A stretch of DNA of 64,000 nucleotides from Dimorphilus gyrociliatus (lineage: Eukaryota > Animalia > Annelida). A program made the translations under genes and the position numbers. Positions 1 to 13,007 of this stretch are shown here, in pieces. The notes under the pieces were generated by a model. The model made no database searches. It saw nothing but the letters and a program-made list of their open reading frames with translations, and was not told the origin of the DNA. The stretch covers positions 2,728,001 through 2,792,000 of the forward strand of contig CAJFCJ010000001.1 of NCBI GenBank assembly GCA_904063045.1. The letters run 5' to 3'. Positions within the stretch are counted from its first letter, which is position 1. The number at the start of each line of letters is the position of its first letter.

Positions 1-24
1 TTCGGGATCTGTTCCATTTCTCAG

Positions 25-832
25 GTTGTTATCATCAGGTGACGATGAACTTTTTGACGCTAGTCATATTGTATATTTACCGCTATACAAAAAGTCAAAT
101 TGGCGACCGTTATTGGCAACGGAAATTCTTCCGAAGGCCTATTTTACAGATGGCCGCGGTAATTTAATGTGTGATCAATATAGAAAAGTTATTGACGGTG
201 ATGATGGACCCTCAGGTATGACCCCAAATGAATATCGTCTCATGCAAAGAACTCATAAACTCGATGAATCGCCAAAGATAACGCCGAAATTCGGAAGAGA
301 AAGATTCATTGAATCCCCTTGTGGCCTTAGCAAATTTTCTCCAAAGCTCTCACCAATAACACCTCAAACCAAACCTCCCCAACGATCAGGCTCTTCAACT
401 TTCCGTCTAAATATTTCTCCTATTTTAGCCAATAGTCCTAATTTATACGGACCAGTCGGAGTTGGTAGGATAAGAAAAAATTCAGGAACCGTTGCACCAT
501 TCGCTGGACAATTGAGCTTTTGTTTAGACGATGACGATGAAGAGGAAGATGTTGAATCAAACGAGAAAAAGCCGAGAAAAGAAGAAAATAATTTTAATCG
601 TAGGAAAGTAAAACAGAAAGGACCAGTCGTAAATAGTACAATGCGTAGTATTAGTCAAATGGACGAAAATAGCACAATTCCAGACCAAGGATATTTAACG
701 ATGAGCACAAGAATGTCGGAAAATATGGATGGAACGGATATATCAGATGCTGCAATGGCTTCTACTCCATCGAAAAATCGGCTCTTTCAAGCTCTTTTAT
801 CAACAAATTGCGAACAAGTGGAAGAAAAATAG
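25..832 (+). CDS. 3' terminal exon of a Ser/Pro-rich, largely disordered protein; weakly Bora (aurora borealis)-like; 5' part lies outside the window
   Basis: 268-codon open frame starts right after an acceptor-like tttctcag (AG at 23-24), so the TTG is not a true start. It has many SP/TP sites (SPKLSPI, NISPI), an acidic patch and a DQGYLT motif resembling a DSGxxS/T degron. Confidence 0.6.
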
Positions 833-2092
833 CTTGTTCGGTCAACTTTAAGCCGTATATTTTTTTTCCTTTAATTTAGAACACTTTAAAATAATTACAA
901 ATGAAGAAAATTTTAGTAACTTTATTCTCTTATTTAAATTAGCCTTACTAAAAGTTTGGCTATAATTTTCATTTAGATTATAAAAAGTCATAACGTGTCA
1001 GTGTTCAATAAAGTCTTATTCACATTTAGAAAAAAAATCATTTGTTTTCTCTTTAACGGTTTTTATTCTTCTAAACATGCATGTCAACTTTCTAAAATTA
1101 ACAATAATGAAAACGGGTAAAACGTTTAATTCAAATCGATTAAAAAGCAATAAAGACCCGATACAATAGCAATAAAAACTGGTATTAAAGGAATAACTAA
1201 TTCAAACAAACAAGTTTCGTTTATTTACTAATATATGCAGTCTAATTGAAAGTTCTTCTTTGAAATAGGTAAGAAATTAAACAAGGTAGTTTGTCAAGTA
1301 AGAAACTTTATTATTATATTAGTATAAATAAAAACATAAGAAGATAACAATAGACGAAAAGAACTCTTTAACATGCGTTTATTTTAAATTATTAAATAAA
1401 TTAAAGTCTTTCTTTAATATATAGTATTTTGATTGAACGTAACGTAAACAATGTAAAGTATAACCTGAAAAGCATAAAGACAAACTTCGTAAAATATATA
1501 CTGTGATTGATTTTAATTATATATAATATATACAGTGTATATATACACCATATCCGATATGTAATCGCTTATCTTTAATATTAACTTTTAATAATTTATT
1601 ATATTCAAGAAAAATAACGGTTAAACAAATATTTAATAGCTTTATAAATAAAGGTTTCCCTTCTCTGATATTATTTTGGTTTTATTTCTTTTTCATTTGT
1701 AAATGAAAGTTGAAAAATATAAAAAACATTCTCAAATAGTTATTATTTTCTTTGTTTTTATAGTGAAAATGGGAAAAACGTCTCGTACTATTACAATTAT
1801 CATTTCTCTTAGAAATAATAATAAAAAAGAGTTTTAACAGTCTTTTTCTTAAATTTTAATAAAAACGGAAATACAAGAAAACTTTTCATATTTGCTTCGT
1901 TTATAATTGAATATCGTACAGACCTAAATATTTCTTTTTGATTATATTAATTAAATTTGATATTCTTTTCTTTAAATATAAAAAAGAGAGCGAAAGCAGA
2001 AGAACAAAAATATATAAAATTGATTAAACTAACTGGATTTTGTATTTTTTTTTGTTTTGCTTACGTTTCATTTCGTTTTTTCCAGACAAATG

Positions 2093-5000
2093 TTAGGCAT
2101 TCAATTTGTCCCATTCAAAATCTTTTAGTAGCCATTTCTGTGACATTTCACCAGTGCATGTACTTATAGTAGGCATATCACCAGTTTTGGGAGCACCTAA
2201 ACACTGTTTGCTATTTACGTGCTTTAGAGCAAATGTCTCTTTATCATATTCCCATAACTGATTACCAGATAGCCCATGACATTTGAATAATTTAACGGGA
2301 CCCCCAATGGCTGAAACATCTAAGCACAAATCATCAGTTTGAAGTTCCTTCTTAGCAGTAAATGCGAATACTTGATTTCCTCCTAAATTATGGCATCCAA
2401 CAGCTCCTACATTTTCTCCTTGCTTCCTTCCCATAGAATCCAAACATAAATTTGTAGCTTTTTGTCGAATTTCACCAAGATACGCGTAATTTAAAGGCAT
2501 TTGAGACTCGGGATAAATGTTTTGCAAGTACCATCGGAATGGTTTACACTGTAGCTTTTCCCTCAGAGCTAATCTCTCAGTTATATCACCAAAATCTGTT
2601 CCCTTAACACCTGTTTAAAGAGAAAAATATTATTGTTTTAAAGAAATATCCAATATTTTTTTCTATAACTGATTGTGTTGAGCACAGATTAATATACATC
2701 TTTTATAGCAATATTTAATTAAAATTCTCTACGAGTTATCAGTGGTTATGGCAGAAAAACGAGTTAAAACAGCAAAATATCATTAAAGATTAGAATGAAA
2801 CAAAAGAAATTAGATATTCAAATAACAAGATAAATTGAAAGAATATAATTAGTGAGCCATTAATACTGTGCCAATAGAATAGGTAATTTAATTATGTTAA
2901 GATAAATAATGAGATTCATTCAATCATTGACGGTAAAAATTGTTTGTTTTCTGATACAGGCAAAAAACAGAAAAGAAAAGAAACAATGCTAAAAGGACGG
3001 GGAATCGTTCTAACACAATCTAAAACGGGAGGGAAATAAAAAAATATAAATATTGAATGTTACTAAGTTATAGTGCTCAGTTATCAACAACAAATAGATA
3101 AATGAAATAAAGTCTGAAAAGAATTAAATAATTTTATAAAATCTACACCTGGATTGACTTTATAAAAGAATTCTTTATAACTATCCATCCATACTTCAAC
3201 TGTTCTCCTCGTGTTTGTATTTAATATCTTGGCTACACCTCCAGGCCATGAATATGGTGATAGTTTTCGAAACACATGACCTACTCTGGAGCAAGTTACT
3301 ATCATTATTTCACCACCGCACTGCCATATCTGTAAGGAATTGTACAACAGACATGCAAAATAGGAATCAATAAAAAGAGATAAGTGTCAAAATATATATA
3401 TATATATATTTGTATATATGTATAAATATATAAATGAACTGAATGGCTAGAAAAAAAATGCAGGCACTGAAAACAAACAGGTGCTGGCTCCTAATGTTTT
3501 TATATTTCCGTTATTTCATCTCTAATAAAAAGTACCTGGATTAACAGTAAAATAGAAATTCTTCCAATCGTCCATCCAGACGCTTGCTAAACGCCCATTG
3601 TTATGATTTATGATATATCCAGTACCGCCGGGAAAAGAATACGGTGTTGCCTTTCGGAACACATGACCTACGTGACTGCAAGTTACTATAAGGACTTCGC
3701 CTCCGCATTGCCAGACCTAAGTGCGAAATAGATTGAAGAAAATATGAAGATTGTTTGATTCCGGTGTTTTTGTTGTTGACGCTAGGAATAGGGTTTTACA
3801 TGTTGAAAGAAAAGGAAAATAAAAGTAATAAAAATAGCAAAGTTGTTTCGAGTGAACATCTCGGCGATGCCTTCCAAACTAAGGAAGTAATAATACTTCA
3901 TTTGTCATAAATCGTTGAAACAGCTGAAAATTTTCATTACTTCTCACTTCTTAGTCAAAAGCCTTATTTTCTTCTTATTTTGTAAGCAAATCATTGGTTA
4001 ATACTTTTTAACGCAAACAAAATTCATTAGCAAGGGAACAACATTTGCACAAGTAAAGTTTTGACTGGTTGAGTATAAATGATTGGGATACTTCGTTTTA
4101 AAGATTAATTATCTCTACATTATATAAATCTATATATATATATATGCAGGTAAACAAAGCTAATATAAACAGCTTTGTGCTACAGAGGAAAACAAAATTA
4201 TGACTAAATCTTTAAATATATAAAACAGGTGAGAAAATAGGATAAAAGTTGAGATAAGGCCAGCATTTTTTTAATAGAGAAAATCAATTTTTAATATATG
4301 GGTAAACATTGCTTTATTAAAAATCCTTTAAAATAATATTTTATATAGTTTTTAGTATTCTATGTTTAAAAATAGACTTTCTCTCTTTAATATTTGGGTT
4401 AATCTGTTTTCTTAAAAGTAAAATGGTAAAATAATAAAGATAAATAATCACCCTGAAAGACATTTCCAAATTCTCTCCACCCCAAATATCCATACCCGAA
4501 TCGTAGGAACCCACTTCGTAAAAATAGTCTCTATGAATTGAAAAGAGCCCTCCAGCCATTGTTGGTGTTCTTAATGGTAAACTTCTATCATTACCTCTTC
4601 TGTCCATTTCTCGTTGGGATACTGGATACCAACGAAAGTTTAATTTCCAATTGAAACCTCCCCACGTCATATCTGAGCCAGTTATATACTCAAAAGTATC
4701 ATCAGAAATAACATCGATTATTGGGCACACAACTGCCCTTCGGTTTTTTCGAATCTCTTCTAAAAGAGGTTCTAACCATCCTGTTGTACATTCGCAATGG
4801 GCATCTAAGAAAGTGAGAACTTTGCCTAGAGACCTCTTTGCTCCTCTTAAACGGGCCCTCACCAAGCCGTTTCGTTGTTCCATTCGCTCAACGTGAACAG
4901 GAACAGATAGGTTTTTAATGTAATTTTCTAGAGGTTTCCCTAAGAATTCTCTCTCGCTGGCATCATCAACCAGTATAATTTCTTTTAATAGGTGGCGGGG

Positions 5001-5655
5001 AGATCGATTTATGACAGAATGTATCTGGAGAGGAAAGAATATGGAGAATTTATAATATTAGCTTAAACAAGACAAAGAAAGATTTATTTTATAGAATAAA
5101 CATTATTTAAAGAAAAATCCCTTTTTATTCTTGCTTGTTCAGATAAAATAGTAGGAAAAAGACTTAAAATAATCGAAGTAATAGGAGATTATTAATAAAT
5201 AAATTCATTCTTACCGTTCTTAATAGTGTAGACCATGCCTCGTTATGAAATACAATAATTACAGAGGTATCTAATTCAGAATTTTCATATGATTTAGATT
5301 TGCAAGCCTCCATTCGGACGTCTGGAAGAGACCTATTGACACTTATTAAATCAGATGCCATTAGATTGAATTGATTGATTTTAAACATTTCTTTCATTCT
5401 TTCTTCTTCAGCTTTTGGTATATGAACAGCTTTACCCATTTCTCCGGGTCCAGTCGGTGCTTTATCTCCAAAGCCGAAGATCTTTTTTAACAAACCCTGC
5501 TTTTCAGTCTGTTTTACTTTCGTCTCACAATTTGCTGTTGGATTTGCGCACTCAAAAAAGTACATTATCAAGAATATATCCAATAAAAACCATACGACAG
5601 AAGTCGCAAGTATAATTTTGCAGTATTGAAGGTGTTTGACTTTTATGTATCTCAT
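2093..5655 (-). CDS. GALNT1: Polypeptide N-acetylgalactosaminyltransferase (GALNT1/13, pgant5/gly-5 class)
   Basis: Exons 5655-5215, 5024-4452, then either 3716-3536 or 3329-3149, then 2610-2093. N-terminal TM anchor, [22 protein letters not shown] (DxH), [11 protein letters not shown] and a C-terminal ricin-B lectin domain. All junctions are GT-AG and in frame. Confidence 0.96.
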
Positions 5656-6418
5656 TCTTTTATGCTATAACATTTTCCAATAAAAAATTCATATAGATCC
5701 AGGTTAATTAAATAAGTAACGTATATTCTTCTACAAAAGTATAAATTCCTAATAAATTTTTGACAAACTATAAGTAGAGCAAAATGATAATAATCAAAAC
5801 TTGACGACAATAGGTTAATTTATTGCTGGTGTGACGCTGAGTCTAGTTGACTGCCCATTGCATTTCCGTTTCCGGTTTCAACAATTATTGATAGCAACTT
5901 GATGAAAATAGTTAAAAATTTCTCTCATGACTGAGAGAGAACATTAATAAGTTTTACAATAAAATACGAAAGTATCTTTAATGATAATAAAAATTTTGAA
6001 TTTATCTACTGACAAGATCAACTTGTTAGGCTACTTAACTAGGTAATAAATAATTAAGATATTGACAAAATACAAAATGGAATAATGTTTTAATATTTAT
6101 TCTATGGTTATTTAAGAAGAAAAAGTTTAAATTTTATAAATTTCTGAAGGGGAAGTTGTAATATATACAGTATATATGTATATAATGTATTTACAGTATA
6201 TCTTTATCTCTTTCTTGAAACACAAACAATTCATTTCAAGTTCACTTTTTTATTAATTATACTCTTTGTTTTAAATGAGAATATCAATAAGTATTTACAT
6301 CAATATATTAAATATTAATAAGTCATCATATTAAATATAATATAAATTGCACTATCATAAAAATGATAAGTTAAAATTCTAAGAAAAAAAATTCTGTATC
6401 CCCTTTTAAACTAGGGTG

Positions 6419-6426
6419 AAAAAAAA
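6419..6426 (-). terminator. Pol III oligo-T terminator of tRNA-Gly
   Basis: T8 run on the minus strand, 5 nt after the discriminator base. Confidence 0.8.
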
Positions 6427-6431
6427 CTCAC

Positions 6432-6502
6432 TGCACTGCCCGGGACTCGAACCCGGCTCGCAAGAATGGGAATCTTGCATGATACCCCTACACTAGCAGT
6501 GC
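6432..6502 (-). tRNA. tRNA-Gly (anticodon CCC)
   Basis: Minus strand GCACTGCTAGTGTAGGGGTATCATGCAAGATTCCCATTCTTGCGAGCCGGGTTCGAGTCCCGGGCAGTGCA (71 nt). Acceptor stem GCACTGC/GCAGTGC, anticodon stem CAAGA/TCTTG, T-arm CCGGG-TTCGAGT-CCCGG. Confidence 0.95.
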
Positions 6503-7907
6503 TTAGCGGTAAGGCGCTATTGTAAACAAGCCTATAAAGTCTAGCTGGAGATTTTGATAGATTGTATAGATTGTATAAGTTTTAAAATTATTTATTATGT
6601 TTCTAGCCAGTTTATTTCTATTTAAAGAAATTTAACTAAATATTTAACGTAATAATAAAAAGGTAAAATATTGATTAATGTTACAGAAAGTACAAATAAA
6701 GGAAGAACAAGTCAATTAAATGACAATTTGTTACATTAGTTAAAAGTAAAGCGAAAGAGATTATGATGAATTCTATCAGTCCATAGATCTATACATAAAT
6801 ATATATAGCATGTATATATAGACATGAATATAAATATTTTAGCTGTTTTGCTATTGTATCAGCTGTATTGTAATGAAAATAGCTGACAACGGCCATTTAG
6901 CCAGCTCTCTTAATAAGTTTTAGTTTAGTGAAAATACAGAAACATTGCGTAATTTTTTATGGTTACTAAATATAGATATTAATATATCCATTGTATAGAA
7001 TAATGTACTTTATCTATATATAAATTTATATATATATATATATCTACAGATGTCTATATAATCTAGGTTATTTATTCTCTTACTTCCTCGTTTCGTAATT
7101 TCAACGATTTTCCTCTCTATAATTGTTTAAAGGAAACCTGAATAATCATCTATTAGAGGAAGTACTTTCAGAATCAAGTATCTCCGCAATAGACAATATT
7201 CATAGTTCCTATATTTCTTTCTTTACTTCTAACATTAATCAAAACATACGGGAACACCTGCAATATATGCATTTAACTATACAGTATACTGTACTGTATA
7301 TATTAAGGTATTCTATATTAGAAAACATCGATTAATATTATCATTTTTTAAAACACAAAGGTATATAATTAAATCTAATTAGATAAATTTTTATGAGGTT
7401 TTCATGTCGCTTTTCCTACATTGATGAGTGTTTTATAGAGATGAAATTTTTTTTATTATACTTTTTTATTACGCTTATAAAGTTTTATATATCGAAACAA
7501 TATGAAACAATTTTTTCTTTTTATTCATTCGTTTAAGACATTATAGGCCTAATTGTACTTTCTTATTTTAGACTAGTTTTTCTTTGTCTTACATAATAAA
7601 ACTAGGTAAGTATTAGACGTCTTTTTTTTATTTAGATCATAAGAAGGAGTAGAATTCATTGAAAGATCGAATATGAAATGAAAAAAGGTAACTGGGAAAA
7701 AGGAGGAAGAAGAGAGATAAAATTGAAAGAAGTGAAGATTAGAAATTATTAACATCTCAGTAAATTTTGTCAGAATTTTGAATGCTGTTTTTATTTTTAT
7801 AAGAAAGCTGAAGGCAAGTTTCATGGGAAGGATTCTTCAATAAAAAGAGCACCTTTTAAATTATTTGCTTTTCTTCATTTTATAATTCCAATACTCTTTC
7901 AACTCTC

Positions 7908-10427
7908 TTAAAAATTTTCGTCCCAACCAGAAATTTCATCTTCGGGGATGGTCGTATCTTTTTCATAATGGTCGAACACTGAAGTATCTGTAGGACCATT
8001 TAGAGTTGGTTTGATGGATTTTGGTACTGGAATGGATCTAGATCTTAAACCATCCCAATCGAAACCTTGAAACCATCTGTGTTTCCTTATTTCCATTAGT
8101 CCATTTTTACCATACCCTAATCTTTCTGTTGGATTACTTTTGCATAATTTTTTTATGAGGTTTGTGGCGTTCCTTCCAACCTTTTTAGGCATATCTAACT
8201 TTTCTACACCTTCTAAAATTATATTATAAGTTTTCATAGGATCTGGAGCAACAAACGGAGGGTTTCCCGTTAATAACTCAAACATTAAAATTCCTATGGC
8301 CCAATAATCAGCGGCAAAGTCATGGCCTTTATTTAAAATAATCTCTGGAGCAACGTATTCTGGAGTACCGCAAAACGTCCACGTTTTTCGTCCTGCCATT
8401 AATTTCTTGGCAAAACCGAAGTCGACAAGCTTAACGAAGCCGGATGAGTCGACAAGTAGATTTTCTGGTTTAAGATCTCTATATATAATATTTTTGTTAT
8501 GAAGATATTCAAAAGCCTCTAATACGCATGCCACGCAAAATCTAGCCGTTGGATCATCAAAAGTACCGTTAATTCTGAGCACGGTCCATAATTCTCCGCC
8601 TAAGCAGGCTTCCATTAGGAGATAAACAAATTTCCTATCTCTAAACGTCTTAAACAATTTAGCTATAAATGGCGAATCAGCTTCCATCATTATCTTCTTT
8701 TCTGATTTGACATGTTCCTGCTGTCTTGTTTCCACAATATGCTTCTTCTTTAAGCATTTTAAAGCTAATGATTGGCCAGGAAAGAACGAGGAGGTTACTA
8801 ATTCAACTCTACCGAATCCTCCAACTCCCAATGTTGCAACAATATTTAAATGATCCAATTCTATATTCTTGTATTTATCGAGTACTTGAATGACGGAACC
8901 GCCTGAGGTACCGCTTATCCTGTTAAGCGTTAAATCGTATTAAGAAATCATTATCGAGAACTTTTTATAGGCTTAAAAAGAACTACTTGTATGTGTTTGC
9001 AAATACTAAAATCTCTCACCTGATCAAATAGCTATAGCGTATTTATTTAACTAAATAGCCGCAAATAGTCAAATATAGACCCTAAAGCACCCCAATAGCA
9101 CTAATAATGATAATATTGTAAATAAATTTTTATACCTAACTAATTAATACGAAAGAGATTATATTCGTTTTGTATGTTTGTTTTTTAATTAATTCCATTA
9201 ATTACTCAAAATGAGTTTAATTAGATACTTACTTTTTATCATCTTCTCCCGTATATCTTTTATTTGCTAATTCGTCTCGTAATTCGTTTAAATCTCCCAC
9301 CAATTGGCAGAAAGCGTCTCTTTCAACAGTTAAACAGACAACTTTTGAAGCTGCTATTACAGAAGCTGTCCTGTATTCTTCGCTGAGCAACGCTTTTTCC
9401 CCGAAATATTTTCCAGCTCCTAGCCTATTTAACTCAATAGCCGTTCCTTCGTCTGTTCTTTTTTCAACCCTGACATGTCCTTCATTAATAATAAAGAAGG
9501 TATCTCCTCTTTCACCCTCCCTGACAATATGATCTCCCTCAAAGTAGCAATCTTCCTCGATAACATCAGCTATTTTGGCCAACTGCTCTTTTCCCAATTT
9601 CTCCAGCAATTCAACTTTTTCCAGATACTTCATATATCTATCTTGTCTTTCCAATCCAGATTTCATCATGATAGTCTTGAACACTTTTCTATCCAATACC
9701 CATAATTTTCCGTCTTCCAAAGCTTGTATGGACGCCGTCCTGGAACAATTGTACAAAATGGCTAGCTCCCCGATTACTTTGCCTGGTTTTATGTGGCCCA
9801 AGGTTTTACCATCCTGCGTCACTTCCAGGCATCCCTGGGCTAATACATACAAGGCATTTCCAGGTTCACCTTGTTTACATATGAATTCTTTTTGGGAAAT
9901 CATTTTTTCGTACATACTTTCAACAACCTCCACAACCTGAGATGTTTCGAGGTTCTTAAGAAAGTCATTGTTAGTTATAGCATCTTTAATCAGTTGTTTA
10001 GAACTGAAAAAGAAAAGAAAAAGAAGCGTTTAATCACAGTAAACAGTACCATTGGGAATGATCCAGGCTAAATCGTAAGTAAATATTATTGACAGAACAG
10101 TAAGAATATAACTAATTGTGGAGGATTTTGTAAGAGGAAAAGAAACTGATTTATTAGTACAATGAATAATGAACAATTCGTGAGTTTACAGTTAAAGTTA
10201 GCTTAAAATATTCCACTTGAAGGCGTCAAGAGTCTGTACAAAAAGTTACTCTCATTTTTTAAAGCCGACAATACGCTATCCTTATCAGTAATTTTTATTC
10301 AACGACGACTGTAAAAAGATTCAACAAAGAAGAAATAAAATAAAGTATAATTTACGAGAAATGACTGTTAAATGACACGCTTGTACAAAAAAAAGGAAAG
10401 AGAGAAAGAGAAAGGAGAAAATCGGAA

Positions 10428-10472
<45 letters not shown>

Positions 10473-11185
10473 CTATTCTTTTAGAGAGATGAATAGATTT
10501 CAATTATCTATTTTTAAGAAGGTAAGAATAAAAAAAAGCATGACGGGAAAAGAAAGTCGCTTTATCAGTTCCTTGGAGTATGTAACTTTGAATGATTTAC
10601 GATAAGGCCTACGATTCTATGACGACGAGTTTTCGCGGTGTTTACCTAACGCAAACAACCGCTTGCAGTTTCTCTAGCGTTTATACATAACAAAAAACAA
10701 CTGACAATTTTTGTTTAAATAATAATATCATGGTAAAAATGAGGTTTTAAAAAACACGACAAGGAAGAAATAGACAAGAAAGAGGAACGAGTGTTGAATT
10801 TGGTGTAAAAGGAAAGATGTAGTAAGATGAGGAATGAGAAATAAGGAAAGAAAATATATTCTAACCGGAAATCCTTATTGTGATGGATCAGTTCAAAGGC
10901 AACATTTGTTGCGTTGCTAGCCGTCCACGTTTCACCCGAAACGGCGAATTTTGCCCTCCTCTTTTGACCGCTCCGTAAGATCGGTTCTATCTCTAAGTCA
11001 TTTGTTTCTCGTAAGACGGATTGAAGTTTTTGAATTTCATGTTTAAGTTTTTCTATTTCACGGTCCTTTTCATTAAGTAAACGCCGACTTCTCTCTAATT
11101 CTTCACCTCTACCTTCCAACAAAATTCGAAGTTCGGTGGTCGAATGACCAGTCGGTCGAACGCCACCACTGGCTGCCGAACCCAT
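7908..11185 (-). CDS. PRKG: cGMP-dependent protein kinase (PKG)
   Basis: Exons 11185-10866, 10003-9233 and 8919-7908. N-terminal leucine zipper, two cyclic-nucleotide-binding domains ([15 protein letters not shown]; [15 protein letters not shown]), kinase domain ([35 protein letters not shown]) and AGC tail ending WDENF. Likely start MGSAAS at 11185. Confidence 0.96.
10432..10469. repeat. (CT)n microsatellite in PKG intron 1
   Basis: Uninterrupted tc/ct dinucleotide run. Confidence 0.9.
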
Positions 11186-13007
11186 GAATCTATTTGCCAA
11201 TTTTTATTTTTTTCCACCAGCGCCCTCTATGAATGATTGAATTATTAAATAATTTTTGTGATGTTGCACTTTTCCTCTCGTACTCGTTAAAGTTTATATT
11301 ATACTTTACTGGAAATATCCACGTTTAGTAGGAAATAGCTTTATTCGCCTCAGAAATAAACTTCATCATAAGATGAATGAAAATAAACAAACAAACTTTT
11401 TTATTGCATATTTTACTTATTTACGTAACAGATTAAGAAGATTTATTATAAATAAAAAAATATACCTTTATTGGTTATAATTGTCCACAAACTTTATGTA
11501 TAGATATCAGTGAAGTCTTTTAATAGTATAGTAATTTATACAATTATAACCTGTTATATCAAATATCTATTCATAATTAATTCTTCCTTTTTATAAGTGT
11601 TTTTTAAAACTTTATATTCATTAGGAAATCTATTATATTATTTTACTGACTTAGTCTCTTTTTAATCCAATCGATGACTGACTTTTAAAGAAACTTATAA
11701 TAAAAATAAAAAAAATCGTGTGAAATACTCTTAACAAAACTGGTATGAATATTAAAAATTAAGAAATGATGTATTGTTTTTTTTTTATTAAAAAAATCGT
11801 TATTCCTGTAAAGATTTAAAGTCAAATTAGACTCTTTGTAGTATAATTTCCTGTTCAATACTTTAATTTTTGCCGTTATATTTTCGAGTTGATCATATAT
11901 AAAACAGGCGGTTACTTAGTTTTATCGAATCCCTATAATATCGAGCTGTTTTTCTTGTCCTGAAGGAACTAATTTTGTTTTCTATACATCATTGACGGTT
12001 TTTGAAAGACGCATATTCTCCAAATTGTTTACAACAGGGCGTACTTAATACAAAAACAATATCCTAATTTTACTTTCTTCCATTGGTGTGAAACTTGTTT
12101 GTAAACAATGTTTTAATCTTTTAAAACTTCTTTTAAAAATAGTATGAGAAGTTACGCGGTTGTATTTGTCAAGTAATGATCTTTCCATTTCTCTGATCAG
12201 ACCAACAGATTCCATAACTGAAAAAAATAAATACGATATTCAATGAAAGGCATTGAGAAGCATTCTTTTTTGATTGAAGTGGACAGTTCTCTCATGAAAG
12301 AACTTCCGCCGGAACTTCTAAGGCAAATGTCCTAAAATATATAGATCTATACAAAAAACTCACCCCATTCTACACCTATCGCTTTATATAGCAAAATATC
12401 TTCTCTTCTAACTAAATAAAACAGTCATTTTAAGACTAATATTCAAAACAGAAAAACAAGCTAATATTTTATATGTTATTGATTTTAAAACATATAAGAA
12501 AGGTATTTTAAGAGACTATTATCAAAGATTTAAAAGATATATAATAGCTTGATATTAGAAGGACATACAAAGTAATAAAAACAAAAATTTGTCTGTTTTT
12601 TTGTTTAGCTCATTAAAAATTACATTTAAGAAGGAGGAACTAATTAAACCATATACAAAATGATAATAACAATTGCTTAAATTTGAGTAATATATATATA
12701 TATATATTTGTTTTAAGAGGTCTAATATCTCATTTGTACCTTAAAGCTTGACTTGGGATAATAAATATCCATTAAACATCTCTCGGAAATAATAGAGAAC
12801 TAATTTATAAAAAAGAACTTTTTTTCTAAATTTCTAATAGCGTTCTATTCTCTTTCACTTTTGAAAAAAATTTTGAGTTCAAATAAACTGGTGAAAAAAT
12901 GTATGTTTTACTATTCCAAGTCGACAATTTCTAACAAGACTAAATATCTCTAAAAGTCGAATAGCTGATAGAAAATAATTAATATATCGTTTTGATATAA
13001 CTGAAAT

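Noticed and set aside
7123-7335. 70-aa plus-strand ORF after an acceptor-like site
   Set aside because: No start, no recognisable motif and no partner exons found.
11900-12330. Exon-like minus-strand segment (MESVGLIREMERSLLDKYNR) upstream of PKG
   Set aside because: I could not join it in frame to neighbours. The region also holds CCGGAA boxes and is more simply a promoter or UTR.
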